Positions 1 to 8,242 of a stretch of DNA of 64,000 nucleotides are shown here, one piece after another (position 1 is the first letter of the stretch; each line of letters starts with the position of its first letter). The notes below the pieces were generated by a model. That model was not told the origin of the DNA and made no database searches. It saw only the letters and a program-made list of their open reading frames with translations. The stretch comes from a virus. Location of the stretch: positions 31,566 to 95,565 of the IMG/VR virus record IMGVR_UViG_3300030419_006954; one strand, written 5' to 3'. Made by a program: the position numbers and the translations under genes.

Positions 1-1
1 C

Positions 2-1414
2 ACTGATTTTTTTACTTTGCTCTCTAAGGCTTACATGGAAAGCGCTGTTAATCAACTCATCGGAAGCACTTTTCCAAAACCCGCTGCAAGCGGTGGTGGA
101 GGCGGCGGCGGTGGTAGAGGCGGCGGCGGTGGCCTCTTGGGTTTTATTGGAAGTCTTTTAACTGGGAAAAACAGCGGGGGTCTTGTTACGGGAGGATCGG
201 GAATAAAAGACGATGTTCCCACTTTATTAACAGGTGGTGAATTTGTTATCAGGAGAAGCGCTGTATCAAGATACGGACCAGAGTTTCTTGAGGCTTTAAA
301 CAGAGGGGGAATTCAAACCATGCAAAGAGGTGGGCTCTTTAGCCCAGGAACTTACGGGCAAGGAGCGATAACGGGACAGAGAAACCTTTTAGATTTTGCT
401 ACGCAGTCAGCCACCCGTGGTCAATTTGATCAACTTAGTGGAGGGGCTGGGTTCGGAGCAGTATCATTGGAACCGATGAGCGCCCGATTAACTATGTTCG
501 GGAGGAGAAACAGTCCACTGTTTCAGAGAGAGCAAGACTCACAAAGAGAGGCTTTTGGACTTTACGTTCGCCAAGTTCAACATGAAGAAGAAATAAGAAG
601 ACAAGACGAAGAAAGAAGGAGAGGTTTTAGAAACTCTATAATAATGGCCGCTGCTAGCGTAGCATTGAACGAATTTGCCACGGGTTTTAGTGAATCAATG
701 AAGGCTAGTAAGGGCACGGACCAAGGCCCACTTAGTAGACTTTGGAGTGCAGTGGGAGCTGGTGTTACAGGCTTTGAAGGTGAAGGAGGGCAAAGATTTG
801 GCGGATTACTAAACTTTGGCCCCAGACCAGAAGGTCTGCTTCCATCACAAATACGCGCTGGCTCAGGGACAACAACCGTTGCTCCCCACACACATAATAG
901 CGGTGGCGGTGTTGTTAACACAGGAGCGCCTCTTTCACCACTGCCCAGCCGCACTCGACCTGTTACCCCACTTACCCAAGAACAGAGAGCAGACATCGCA
1001 ACGGGAGGGAGCGGAGGACTCCATTGGACTAACCCCGATCATTTTTCGAGTGGTGGCTACATTTCTCCCACTGCTGGAGTAGATACGGTCCCAAGCATGT
1101 TGTCGGGTGGAGAATTTGTGATGAACGCTGCCGCCACTCAACGCATGGGTCGCGGAAATCTGGCCGCTCTTAATGCTGGCGGTGGTGCGGGAGGTGGCGA
1201 CGAGGCAATAGTCGCTAGGCTCGATGAGCTTATTGCTGTAACTGATGGAAGCGGAGAAAGCGTTATCAACATTACCGTTAATTCTGACGGCACTGAAACT
1301 CAAGGCGGTAATGGTGACGAGCAGCAGCAGAACCTAGCCATTAAAATTAAAGATGTTGTAAGACAAGTTATTGCTGAAGAGCAAAGATTAGGGGGCTCAT
1401 TAAGAAGGAATTAA
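2..1414 (+). CDS. Tail tape measure protein, C-terminal part (5'-truncated by window)
   Basis: Frame open from base 2. Gly/Ala-rich, with two copies of the GG..G...D.VP.LL.GGEFV motif typical of tape-measure C-termini. Ends INITVN...IKDVVRQVIAEEQRLGGSL. Precedes gpM-like tail genes. Confidence 0.8.
   Translation, partial: TDFFTLLSKAYMESAVNQLIGSTFPKPAASGGGGGGGGRGGGGGLLGFIGSLLTGKNSGGLVTGGSGIKDDVPTLLTGGEFVIRRSAVSRYGPEFLEALNRGGIQTMQRGGLFSPGTYGQGAITGQRNLLDFATQSATRGQFDQLSGGAGFGAVSLEPMSARLTMFGRRNSPLFQREQDSQREAFGLYVRQVQHEEEIRRQDEERRRGFRNSIIMAAASVALNEFATGFSESMKASKGTDQGPLSRLWSAVGAGVTGFEGEGGQRFGGLLNFGPRPEGLLPSQIRAGSGTTTVAPHTHNSGGGVVNTGAPLSPLPSRTRPVTPLTQEQRADIATGGSGGLHWTNPDHFSSGGYISPTAGVDTVPSMLSGGEFVMNAAATQRMGRGNLAALNAGGGAGGGDEAIVARLDELIAVTDGSGESVINITVNSDGTETQGGNGDEQQQNLAIKIKDVVRQVIAEEQRLGGSLRRN
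88..135 (+). repeat. GGC/GGT triplet repeat encoding a poly-Gly linker in the tape measure protein
   Basis: agcggtggtggaggcggcggcggtggtagaggcggcggcggtggc translates to SGGGGGGGGRGGGGG. Confidence 0.8.
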
Positions 1415-1417
1415 AAA

Positions 1418-2221
1418 GTGTTTGGGACAAAGCTAAATTATGATTCCCATTTTTTTGTTAATGGGGAAGAAATATCGGGGATAGACTCGATAGAGATTGG
1501 TTATCAAAATTCCGCCAATGTTACTAAACCTCTTGGTTATCATGGGGGAGTCGTAACGGTGGGGGGACCAACCCAACAAAGCTTATCTGTTTCAAGATAC
1601 TTAATTTCCAACACTCCTTTAGAATCTTTTTCTAACGGTCAAAAATTTACAGGAAGCTTGAATTATGAAGGAGGCTCTTATGGTTTTAATAGTGGCTATA
1701 TAACAGATGTTTCTGTTAATTGTGCAGTGGGCGCGATTCCGCGAACAAATTATAATTTTGTCGTGTATGATGAGTTGACAGGAGTAGATGCTTCTGGGAC
1801 ACAGACCAGCGATATATATATTCCAAGCCAAGGATCTATTTCGATCACTTGCGATAATGTAAGCACCAACAGGGTATTGGGATTTGATTACAGGGTAGAA
1901 TCGCCTATAAAACCATATTATACAATAGGCTCAGAAAACCCAGCTGAAGTTAAGTATGTGGGACCGAATACTTACACAGCCTCAGTTCAGTTAGAAGTAG
2001 ATGACGTTTTCCCAGAAAGCGGATATACATTTTTGACTTCTGGAAAAGATGGGAGAGGAGGAAAGTTCAACCAAACTAACGTAATTTTGTCTGTCAATGG
2101 GAGAGACGGGACAAACATAAAAAATTATCCAATCCCCTCCCCTGTTTTAGTAGGCGAACAGTTAAGCGCTTCTGCTGACGGATCTCTACGGTTAACTCTT
2201 AATTATATAGGACACATGTAA
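1418..2221 (+). CDS. Putative tail structural protein (tail-tube-like fold, two internal repeats)
   Basis: GTG start directly after the tape measure gene. Beta-rich. Halves GIDSIEIGYQ...KPLG and VLGFDYRVES.IKPYYTIG resemble each other and tube-like proteins. Confidence 0.5.
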   Translation: MFGTKLNYDSHFFVNGEEISGIDSIEIGYQNSANVTKPLGYHGGVVTVGGPTQQSLSVSRYLISNTPLESFSNGQKFTGSLNYEGGSYGFNSGYITDVSVNCAVGAIPRTNYNFVVYDELTGVDASGTQTSDIYIPSQGSISITCDNVSTNRVLGFDYRVESPIKPYYTIGSENPAEVKYVGPNTYTASVQLEVDDVFPESGYTFLTSGKDGRGGKFNQTNVILSVNGRDGTNIKNYPIPSPVLVGEQLSASADGSLRLTLNYIGHM

Positions 2222-3174
2222 TGAGCGAAAGTTTATTTTATAATAGAGACCAAAATATCTCAGGAGCAACAGTCCCAAGCGAACTGGGGGGGCTGACTTT
2301 TACTCCTGTTTATGGGTCTCGGGTAAGCTTTGAGGCAAAAAATCACTCGTATAACACTGATGATTTTTATTATAATTTAATACCGATGTCAGTAAATAGT
2401 TTGACGGCTAAATTTGAAGTCAGATATGATGTTAACGAAAGCGGGGCGAGACAGCTTGCTGCTTTTTTTGAAAGCAAAGAGGGATTTAAACCCTTGGAAT
2501 TTACTCCTGATAATTCTGGAATTTACAAAACTGTTTCTGGTTTTTGTGATAATTATGCGATTAACTTTATAAACAACCAACACTTTGAGGTGGGGGCTAG
2601 TATCGCGGTTGATCGCGCTCCAACCCTGTTAAATTGGTCGGGAGGAAATTTTGCCAACATCCCATTCCAGTCGTGGACTAACTCTACATCTTTTAAGAAA
2701 TATGATGTTGTTTATTCAGGAATCAATGAAAACAAGTTAGACAACTTTTATTATTGCACAGGAGACAATACTTCCTCGGAAACCAATAGTCCTACAGGAA
2801 CAGCTTCTTTGTGGTCACAAAAGTTTTTCTTTGAACCAGACATAGGAATTCAAAATGATGTGAAAATTAAGGCTGATGTTTTAGACTACAGAAATTCTTT
2901 TACCCAACACTTAAAAACCAATGATAACATAGCTACATTTGATATGAGGTATACTTATACTGATATCACCGACAAACAATTAAGATGCATGTTACACTTT
3001 TTGGAGAGAAAGGGAGGATATAGAATATTTGAACATCAGATTCCCTCTGTGTATAATAGACCCAAAGTTTATTATTGTCCTAGCTGGGAACATACATGGA
3101 ATTATTTTAATTCTAACACTTTGACGCTTGATCTTGTAGAAAACCCACTCGGAGTAATACCAACAGAAACATAA
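2221..3174 (+). CDS. Distal/minor tail protein with two tandem lambda gpM-like domains
   Basis: Two segments resembling gpM (…AAFFESKEGFKPLEFTP and …LHFLERKGGYRIFEHQIP), separated by a small aromatic/Cys module. Confidence 0.7.
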   Translation: MSESLFYNRDQNISGATVPSELGGLTFTPVYGSRVSFEAKNHSYNTDDFYYNLIPMSVNSLTAKFEVRYDVNESGARQLAAFFESKEGFKPLEFTPDNSGIYKTVSGFCDNYAINFINNQHFEVGASIAVDRAPTLLNWSGGNFANIPFQSWTNSTSFKKYDVVYSGINENKLDNFYYCTGDNTSSETNSPTGTASLWSQKFFFEPDIGIQNDVKIKADVLDYRNSFTQHLKTNDNIATFDMRYTYTDITDKQLRCMLHFLERKGGYRIFEHQIPSVYNRPKVYYCPSWEHTWNYFNSNTLTLDLVENPLGVIPTET

Positions 3175-3175
3175 A

Positions 3176-4270
3176 ATGGCTAGAGATATCATAAAAAGCA
3201 ATATCGCCGCAGTTGCAGTAAATCATGGCTCTTCTGATGCTTTTAGCACCTCTGCTCTTGGTCTCAGGCTTTATATGGGAGTTAAAGACTTTAATTATTC
3301 TATTCAGCTCCCACGCCAAAATTTAAAACAAGTAGGAAGTCAAGAACTTGCTTTTAATGGAATGGTTAACCAGCCCGATGTAGAGCTGGGGATTTCTTAT
3401 ATAGCTCAACCCGTAGGTTCAAATGAATATAATGGAAACTTTGTTGGTGAGTCGTCCTTCTTCACCAAATTTAATAATTTCTTTTCGGGCACTGCCGAAA
3501 ATTCTTCTAACTTTTATGTTTTTTTAGATCCTAATCAGCAAGCTGATATTTTTAATACTTTAAAATTTGATGAGTCTTTAATAAACTTATCAGGATTTGA
3601 TTCTATCGCATTCGGAAATTGTTATGCGACTACATATGGAATAAGTTATGCGGTGGGGGGAGCGCCCACCGTTTCTACAAATTATCTTTGTTCTAACGTT
3701 GTATTTGAAAATATAACTGGCACATCCATGCAAATCCCAGCCATCAATTTAACAGGCGGCAATAACGATGGTGTTGGTTTGTGTTCTTTTCAGTTTGAAG
3801 AAAATACTACAGATGATTCCAAGCCTGTTGTATTAAATCCCACAGACACAAACAGTAGCATAACCCTACAAAACTTAGAGGTGGGAGGACAGGCTTTATC
3901 TGGAGTTCATTTCATTCAGTCTGTAGATATGTCTGTAGACTTACCCAGAAGCTCTTCCTATGGTCTTGGAAACGATTTTGCTTACAATAGAAAAGCTCAA
4001 CTACCAGCGAACGGAAGATTCTCAGTCTCCTCTCTTGTCTCAGGATTAAACTCGGGGGTCTTAACAGGAATATTAGATAGCGACCAAAATTATGACTTCC
4101 AATTAGTTTTAGCTTCTGGTTCTAAAAAAATGATTTACCAAATCGAAGACGCTAAATTAAGCACTTATAACTATGGGATGTCTGTAAATCAACAAATGTC
4201 TTTTGACGCCGACTTCTCTTTTAATGTAACTGAAACAAAAGGACTGAAGATTAGCGGGACCATTGTTTAG
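3176..4270 (+). CDS. Putative tail structural protein (tail-tube-like, internally duplicated)
   Basis: Repeated GVKDFNYSIQLPRQNLKQVG / FIQSVDMSVDLPRSSSYGLG segments; beta-rich; in tail gene cluster. Confidence 0.5.
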   Translation: MARDIIKSNIAAVAVNHGSSDAFSTSALGLRLYMGVKDFNYSIQLPRQNLKQVGSQELAFNGMVNQPDVELGISYIAQPVGSNEYNGNFVGESSFFTKFNNFFSGTAENSSNFYVFLDPNQQADIFNTLKFDESLINLSGFDSIAFGNCYATTYGISYAVGGAPTVSTNYLCSNVVFENITGTSMQIPAINLTGGNNDGVGLCSFQFEENTTDDSKPVVLNPTDTNSSITLQNLEVGGQALSGVHFIQSVDMSVDLPRSSSYGLGNDFAYNRKAQLPANGRFSVSSLVSGLNSGVLTGILDSDQNYDFQLVLASGSKKMIYQIEDAKLSTYNYGMSVNQQMSFDADFSFNVTETKGLKISGTIV

Positions 4271-4653
4271 TCATAATCAATTTTAATGTTCTTGCTTTCG
4301 TAACCCTTTTCCTTTATTCGGTTCGGGTGTTCAGCCCCTCCTCTTTCTTTGGCATAATTGTCATAAAATTTTTCCTTTACGGGGTCAAGACCTCCCGCTT
4401 TTTCAGCTCTCTTGGCGCTTAGTTCTGATGAAAGGTCCATCATATCTCCCATGGTCCCTTTTTTATTATAAGTCGCGTCAATATACTGCTGCTTATTAAA
4501 AGGATCTATTGAATTATCAATGGAGGCGTTGGGGGAGAGAAAAACTCTCTTCCACTCAACACCCCCCTCTGAATAAATATGTTTGTCATTCATCCCTTGG
4601 AATACCTCTCGGTATTCTTTTCTGTCGGGATGCTTGTAGACATAAATCGGCAT
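4267..4653 (-). CDS. FmdB-like (zinc-ribbon-type) small protein lacking Cys ligands
   Basis: N-terminus MPIYVYKHP...EVFQ.M matches the MPxYxY start of FmdB-type ribbons. Confidence 0.5.
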   Translation of the reverse strand: MPIYVYKHPDRKEYREVFQGMNDKHIYSEGGVEWKRVFLSPNASIDNSIDPFNKQQYIDATYNKKGTMGDMMDLSSELSAKRAEKAGGLDPVKEKFYDNYAKERGGAEHPNRIKEKGYESKNIKIDYD

Positions 4654-4979
4654 CAGGTTTCAATTTTAATGTCCCTGCCTTCACAAACCTCTTTTTTAGG
4701 GAGTGTGATGGTAAGCAAACCATTTTCGAGCTTGGAAGAAATATGTTCTTCTGAAACATCGGTAGTCAAATACACCTTAAATTTCTTTTTGCGTTTTTTG
4801 TTTTCAGCATGAACATTTAAAACGCCGTCTATGACTGTTAATTTTATGTCTTTTTTAGAAAAGCCAGCCAGCTCTAATTCAGCTGTATATACATCCCCCG
4901 TATCTGTGACAGCTACATCTGTAGATAGAGTAAATGGGTAGGTAGGGTTTTCGAATAATTTTTCAAATAATGGATTCAT
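4653..4979 (-). CDS. Small heat shock protein (Hsp20/alpha-crystallin)
   Basis: ELAGFSKKDIKLTVIDGVLNV and ISSKLENGLLTITLPK motifs. Confidence 0.9.
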   Translation of the reverse strand: MNPLFEKLFENPTYPFTLSTDVAVTDTGDVYTAELELAGFSKKDIKLTVIDGVLNVHAENKKRKKKFKVYLTTDVSEEHISSKLENGLLTITLPKKEVCEGRDIKIET

Positions 4980-4998
4980 GTGTATTTATAAGCAATTT

Positions 4999-6090
4999 TT
5001 ATGCCTGAGCTTTACCCTTAAAAATATAGGCTAAAATATCCTCCACCATTTTAGAATAGGTCATAGTGTCTCCCATTTCTACACCAGCTGTGTTTAATTG
5101 ACCCACCTTTGCTTCTGCTTTCTCCATAGCAGTAACAGCTTCCTCTTCGGTCCAAGTGTAAAAAGTGCCTTGGTTAAATGGTCGGTTTTTTTCGAAAAAT
5201 ACTCCATCAAACACGGGCATTTCGCCTGACGGCTCAATCAAAATAGAATTTTCCTTGGTGGCCCAGTCTTTATGAGAGGTGGAATTTAAAACAATGCTCC
5301 ACTTACCTAAGCAAGTAGCATTAAAGGCGGGAAGATTCCAACCCTCTCCCCCTGACAAGCCTGTTAAGTCAATATCAATTGCATTTAGAAATTCATTGAC
5401 CTCCGCGTTCTTATCTAAGGGAGGAATAATATTAATATTATTATAATGGTTCCCTTCTAGGGTCTGATTTATGATATTTTGCATTTGCTCTGGTTTAAAA
5501 AACGGATTATTAATGCAACAAGAAAGCTGATATTTGTTGTTGTTTCCGTATTTTTTTAGCCAAGCTCTAATTATTTTTTGGGTGTGTTTTCTGTTTTCAT
5601 ATTTTCCCATTAACCCAAAATGAACAACATCCTTGAGGTAGGTTTTGTTGGTTCGATAGAATTCTGGATCTAATCCCAGGGGAATAGACCTAGAGTTGGT
5701 AACTCCTTTATTCTCAAAGTGCTTTGAGGCTTCTCGCGAACTAAAAAAAGTGAGGTCTTGATGAGCACACAAAGCGACTTCTTCGTTGGTGGGTTCATTG
5801 CATTCATAAAAGGTAAAAAGAAATTGATCTTTATTTTTTCTATTCTCACTACCATTAAGATGCCACAGCTTTAAACAAGGAATGTCCTTTTTAAGAAAAT
5901 CCCATCTCTGGTTGATGGCTTTTTCAATATAAGATTTTAGCTCTTCGGTAACATTAAATGCACTAAGGTCTACATTTCCTATAGGAAAAATCCCTATATC
6001 AACATTTAGTTTATGCAGTTCCCTAACAAGATTGTAGGAAACATTTCCGAAGCTTAATCTATTAAGCGGGATTTCTAGAAGGAGCTTCAT
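4999..6090 (-). CDS. Glycosyltransferase, GT-B fold (GT4-like)
   Basis: GKYENRK and SGGEGWNLPAFNATCLGK (E-x7 GT4-type motif). Confidence 0.8.
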   Translation of the reverse strand: MKLLLEIPLNRLSFGNVSYNLVRELHKLNVDIGIFPIGNVDLSAFNVTEELKSYIEKAINQRWDFLKKDIPCLKLWHLNGSENRKNKDQFLFTFYECNEPTNEEVALCAHQDLTFFSSREASKHFENKGVTNSRSIPLGLDPEFYRTNKTYLKDVVHFGLMGKYENRKHTQKIIRAWLKKYGNNNKYQLSCCINNPFFKPEQMQNIINQTLEGNHYNNINIIPPLDKNAEVNEFLNAIDIDLTGLSGGEGWNLPAFNATCLGKWSIVLNSTSHKDWATKENSILIEPSGEMPVFDGVFFEKNRPFNQGTFYTWTEEEAVTAMEKAEAKVGQLNTAGVEMGDTMTYSKMVEDILAYIFKGKAQA

Positions 6091-6455
6091 TAAAAGGGAA
6101 CAAGATCTTCAGACTCCTCAGATTTTTCAGCCTCTGAATCAGAATCAGACTTCTTCCCAGAACTCAAAAACTGGAGATCCTTGCCACGAATATAATACTT
6201 GCTAAAGCTTTTTCCGTCTTTCTCCCAAGAAGACATGCAGAGTTCTCCTTGAACCATAAACTCACGGCCCTTGGTCAGATATTTCTCTGCAATTTCTGCG
6301 GTCTTGTTCCAAAACTCTACGTCGATAAAGCATTTAGTTTTGGCGTTGGCCGTGGATATTCCAACCCTGAGGTTGGCTACTTTGTTACCAGTGTCAGTTG
6401 TGCGGACTTCTGGATCTTTTACCAGATATGCGGCGGCTGTAATTGAATTAAACAT
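6090..6455 (-). CDS. ssb: Single-stranded DNA-binding protein
   Basis: LVKDPEVRTT..G..VANL, YLTKGR..MVQGEL, acidic tail ending DLVPF. Confidence 0.92.
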   Translation of the reverse strand: MFNSITAAAYLVKDPEVRTTDTGNKVANLRVGISTANAKTKCFIDVEFWNKTAEIAEKYLTKGREFMVQGELCMSSWEKDGKSFSKYYIRGKDLQFLSSGKKSDSDSEAEKSEESEDLVPF

Positions 6456-7020
6456 AATTTCCTTCTTTTTTTACTTTGTTAATGAATCGGTTATGGATGT
6501 TTATACATCCTTGGATACTCATGTCAAGTTTTTCTGCTATTTTTCTCCAAGGAGTGAGCTTATTATTATCTACCCCGTATCTCAAGTCAATTATTTTTTT
6601 GACCCTGATATCTTTTTCTTTTTCTAAGCATTTATTAAACAATGAAAAAGCCTCTTCTTTGTCTATTTCTGTCGCGAAGCTTTCGGAGGCTGGTTCAATA
6701 TAGTTTGGTATTCCATCAAAACAAATCTCCTTATTCTTCTTTTTTTTATTGAGGAGATTTAAGCACTTCCATTTTGTTTGATTGGCTAAATGAGTCGAAA
6801 ACTTAGTTTTACGAGTAGGATCGTAATTTAAAGCTGCCGAATAAATTGTAGAATCTTTTTCTCCTACCAGCTGGTATTTATCCACCACACATTGAGGGTG
6901 AGACATAAACTGATTTACCATAGTATGAAAAATACCCGAGTGTCTGTCTATGATTTCCAAGAGGCTCTCCTCATCGTTTGTTTCTTGGATGTTGGAGATC
7001 AGAGTGTAGTCGCTTTCCAC
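6448..7020 (-). CDS. Phage RNA polymerase sigma factor (sigma70 family, regions 2 and 4)
   Basis: AALNYDPTRKTKFSTH (region 2) and IIDLRYG...LTPWRKIAEKLDMS (region 4 HTH). GTG at 7020 preferred; TTG at 7056 is the alternative start. Confidence 0.85.
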   Translation of the reverse strand: MESDYTLISNIQETNDEESLLEIIDRHSGIFHTMVNQFMSHPQCVVDKYQLVGEKDSTIYSAALNYDPTRKTKFSTHLANQTKWKCLNLLNKKKKNKEICFDGIPNYIEPASESFATEIDKEEAFSLFNKCLEKEKDIRVKKIIDLRYGVDNNKLTPWRKIAEKLDMSIQGCINIHNRFINKVKKEGNYV

Positions 7021-7172
7021 TGAACCAATCCTATCATCTGTATCATCTTTTTCCAAAAGAATTCGGGGAATATTTATAATATATTTATAAAACGTTTTAC
7101 GTTAAAGACTAACGTTACCTTTTACCATTACGTTAAAGAACTAAGAAGCGTTCTTAGAACCGTTTCACGGTA

Positions 7173-7200
7173 ATTATATCGTGGACTCTTATTCTGTCAA
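7173..7200 (-). promoter_or_regulatory. Consensus sigma70 promoter driving the sigma-ssb-GT-hsp20 operon
   Basis: Minus strand reads TTGACA-16 nt-TATAAT (7200-7195 and 7178-7173). Confidence 0.75.
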
Positions 7201-7250
7201 CTAAAATTTTTCGGAAATTTCTTAATTGAGAGTGGACACTATTGCCCCCT

Positions 7251-7260
7251 AAGTGTAAAT
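7251..7260 (+). promoter_or_regulatory. RGTGTAAW motif upstream of nrdB (candidate phage-sigma promoter)
   Basis: aaGTGTAAat, 12 nt before ATG 7271; the same motif recurs before several operon starts. Confidence 0.5.
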
Positions 7261-7270
7261 TCCTTTGACC

Positions 7271-8242
7271 ATGATTTTTGAAGAACAGATATCCAGAAAG
7301 CCCGATCACTACCCTTGGGCACAAGAGTTTATTGAGGCGATGCATACTGGGTTTTGGACGGATAAAGAATTCAGTTTTAGCAGTGATATACAGGACTTTA
7401 ATGTCAATTTAGACGAAAATGAGAGGGAGATGATTATTAGAACTCTGTCCGCGATTGGCCAAATTGAAGTGGCTGTAAAAAAATTCTGGAGCAAGCTTGG
7501 AGATAACCTTCCCCACCCCAGTTTAACCGACCTCGGCTATGTCATGGCCAACGTGGAAGTGATTCACAATAACGCTTACGAAAGACTCCTACAGATTCTT
7601 GGCCTAGAGGATATTTTTGAAGAAAATTTAAAGCTGGATTTTATCGAGGGCCGCGTCAATTATCTGAGGAAGTATACCCACAGATTTTACAAAGATTCAA
7701 AGAAACAATATGTTTATGCCCTTACTTTGTTTACTTTGTTTGTGGAGAACGTCTCTTTGTTTTCTCAGTTTTATGTAATCAATTGGTTTAATCGTTACAG
7801 AAATGTTCTTAAGGACACTGGGCAGCAAGTAAAATATACCAGAAACGAGGAAAATCTTCACGCTCTTGCTGGTATAAAAATAATCAACACCATTAGAGAT
7901 GAACATCCCGAGCTTTTCGATAAAGAGCTAGGGGAGAGAATCGCAATGGAGGCTAAGGCGGCTTTTGATGCGGAAAGCAAAATTGTAGATTGGATGGTAA
8001 ATGGCTTTGATGAAAAAGGACTTAGTGCAGATATTTTAAAAGAGTTTATCAAAAACAGAATAAACGACTCCCTCGAAAAAATAGGGTTTGCACCTGCGTT
8101 TAATGTTGACACCTCTCTTCTGGAAGATACAATGTGGTTTGAAGAGGAATTGATGGGGAACAACGCCACCGATTTCTTTCATTCTCGACCTGTAGAATAT
8201 TCCAAGAATTCTCAAACATTTGATGCGGACGACCTTTTTTGA
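7271..8242 (+). CDS. nrdB: Ribonucleotide reductase class I small (beta) subunit, possibly subclass Id
   Basis: KPDHYPWA, FWTDKEFSFSSDIQDF, QIEVAVK, EVIHNNAY, EENLH, DFFHSRPVEYSK. Confidence 0.93.
   Translation: MIFEEQISRKPDHYPWAQEFIEAMHTGFWTDKEFSFSSDIQDFNVNLDENEREMIIRTLSAIGQIEVAVKKFWSKLGDNLPHPSLTDLGYVMANVEVIHNNAYERLLQILGLEDIFEENLKLDFIEGRVNYLRKYTHRFYKDSKKQYVYALTLFTLFVENVSLFSQFYVINWFNRYRNVLKDTGQQVKYTRNEENLHALAGIKIINTIRDEHPELFDKELGERIAMEAKAAFDAESKIVDWMVNGFDEKGLSADILKEFIKNRINDSLEKIGFAPAFNVDTSLLEDTMWFEEELMGNNATDFFHSRPVEYSKNSQTFDADDLF

Noticed and set aside
4983-4991. T4-type late promoter TATAAATA before hsp20 (and twice at 7071-7090)
   Set aside because: AT-rich octamer not found before the structural operons in this window; the sigma factor is not gp55-like.
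7232-7258. NrdR box upstream of nrdB (acacta...tagtgt-like arms)
   Set aside because: Spacing and core do not match the 16-bp NrdR consensus; the right arm is better explained by the GTGTAA motif.
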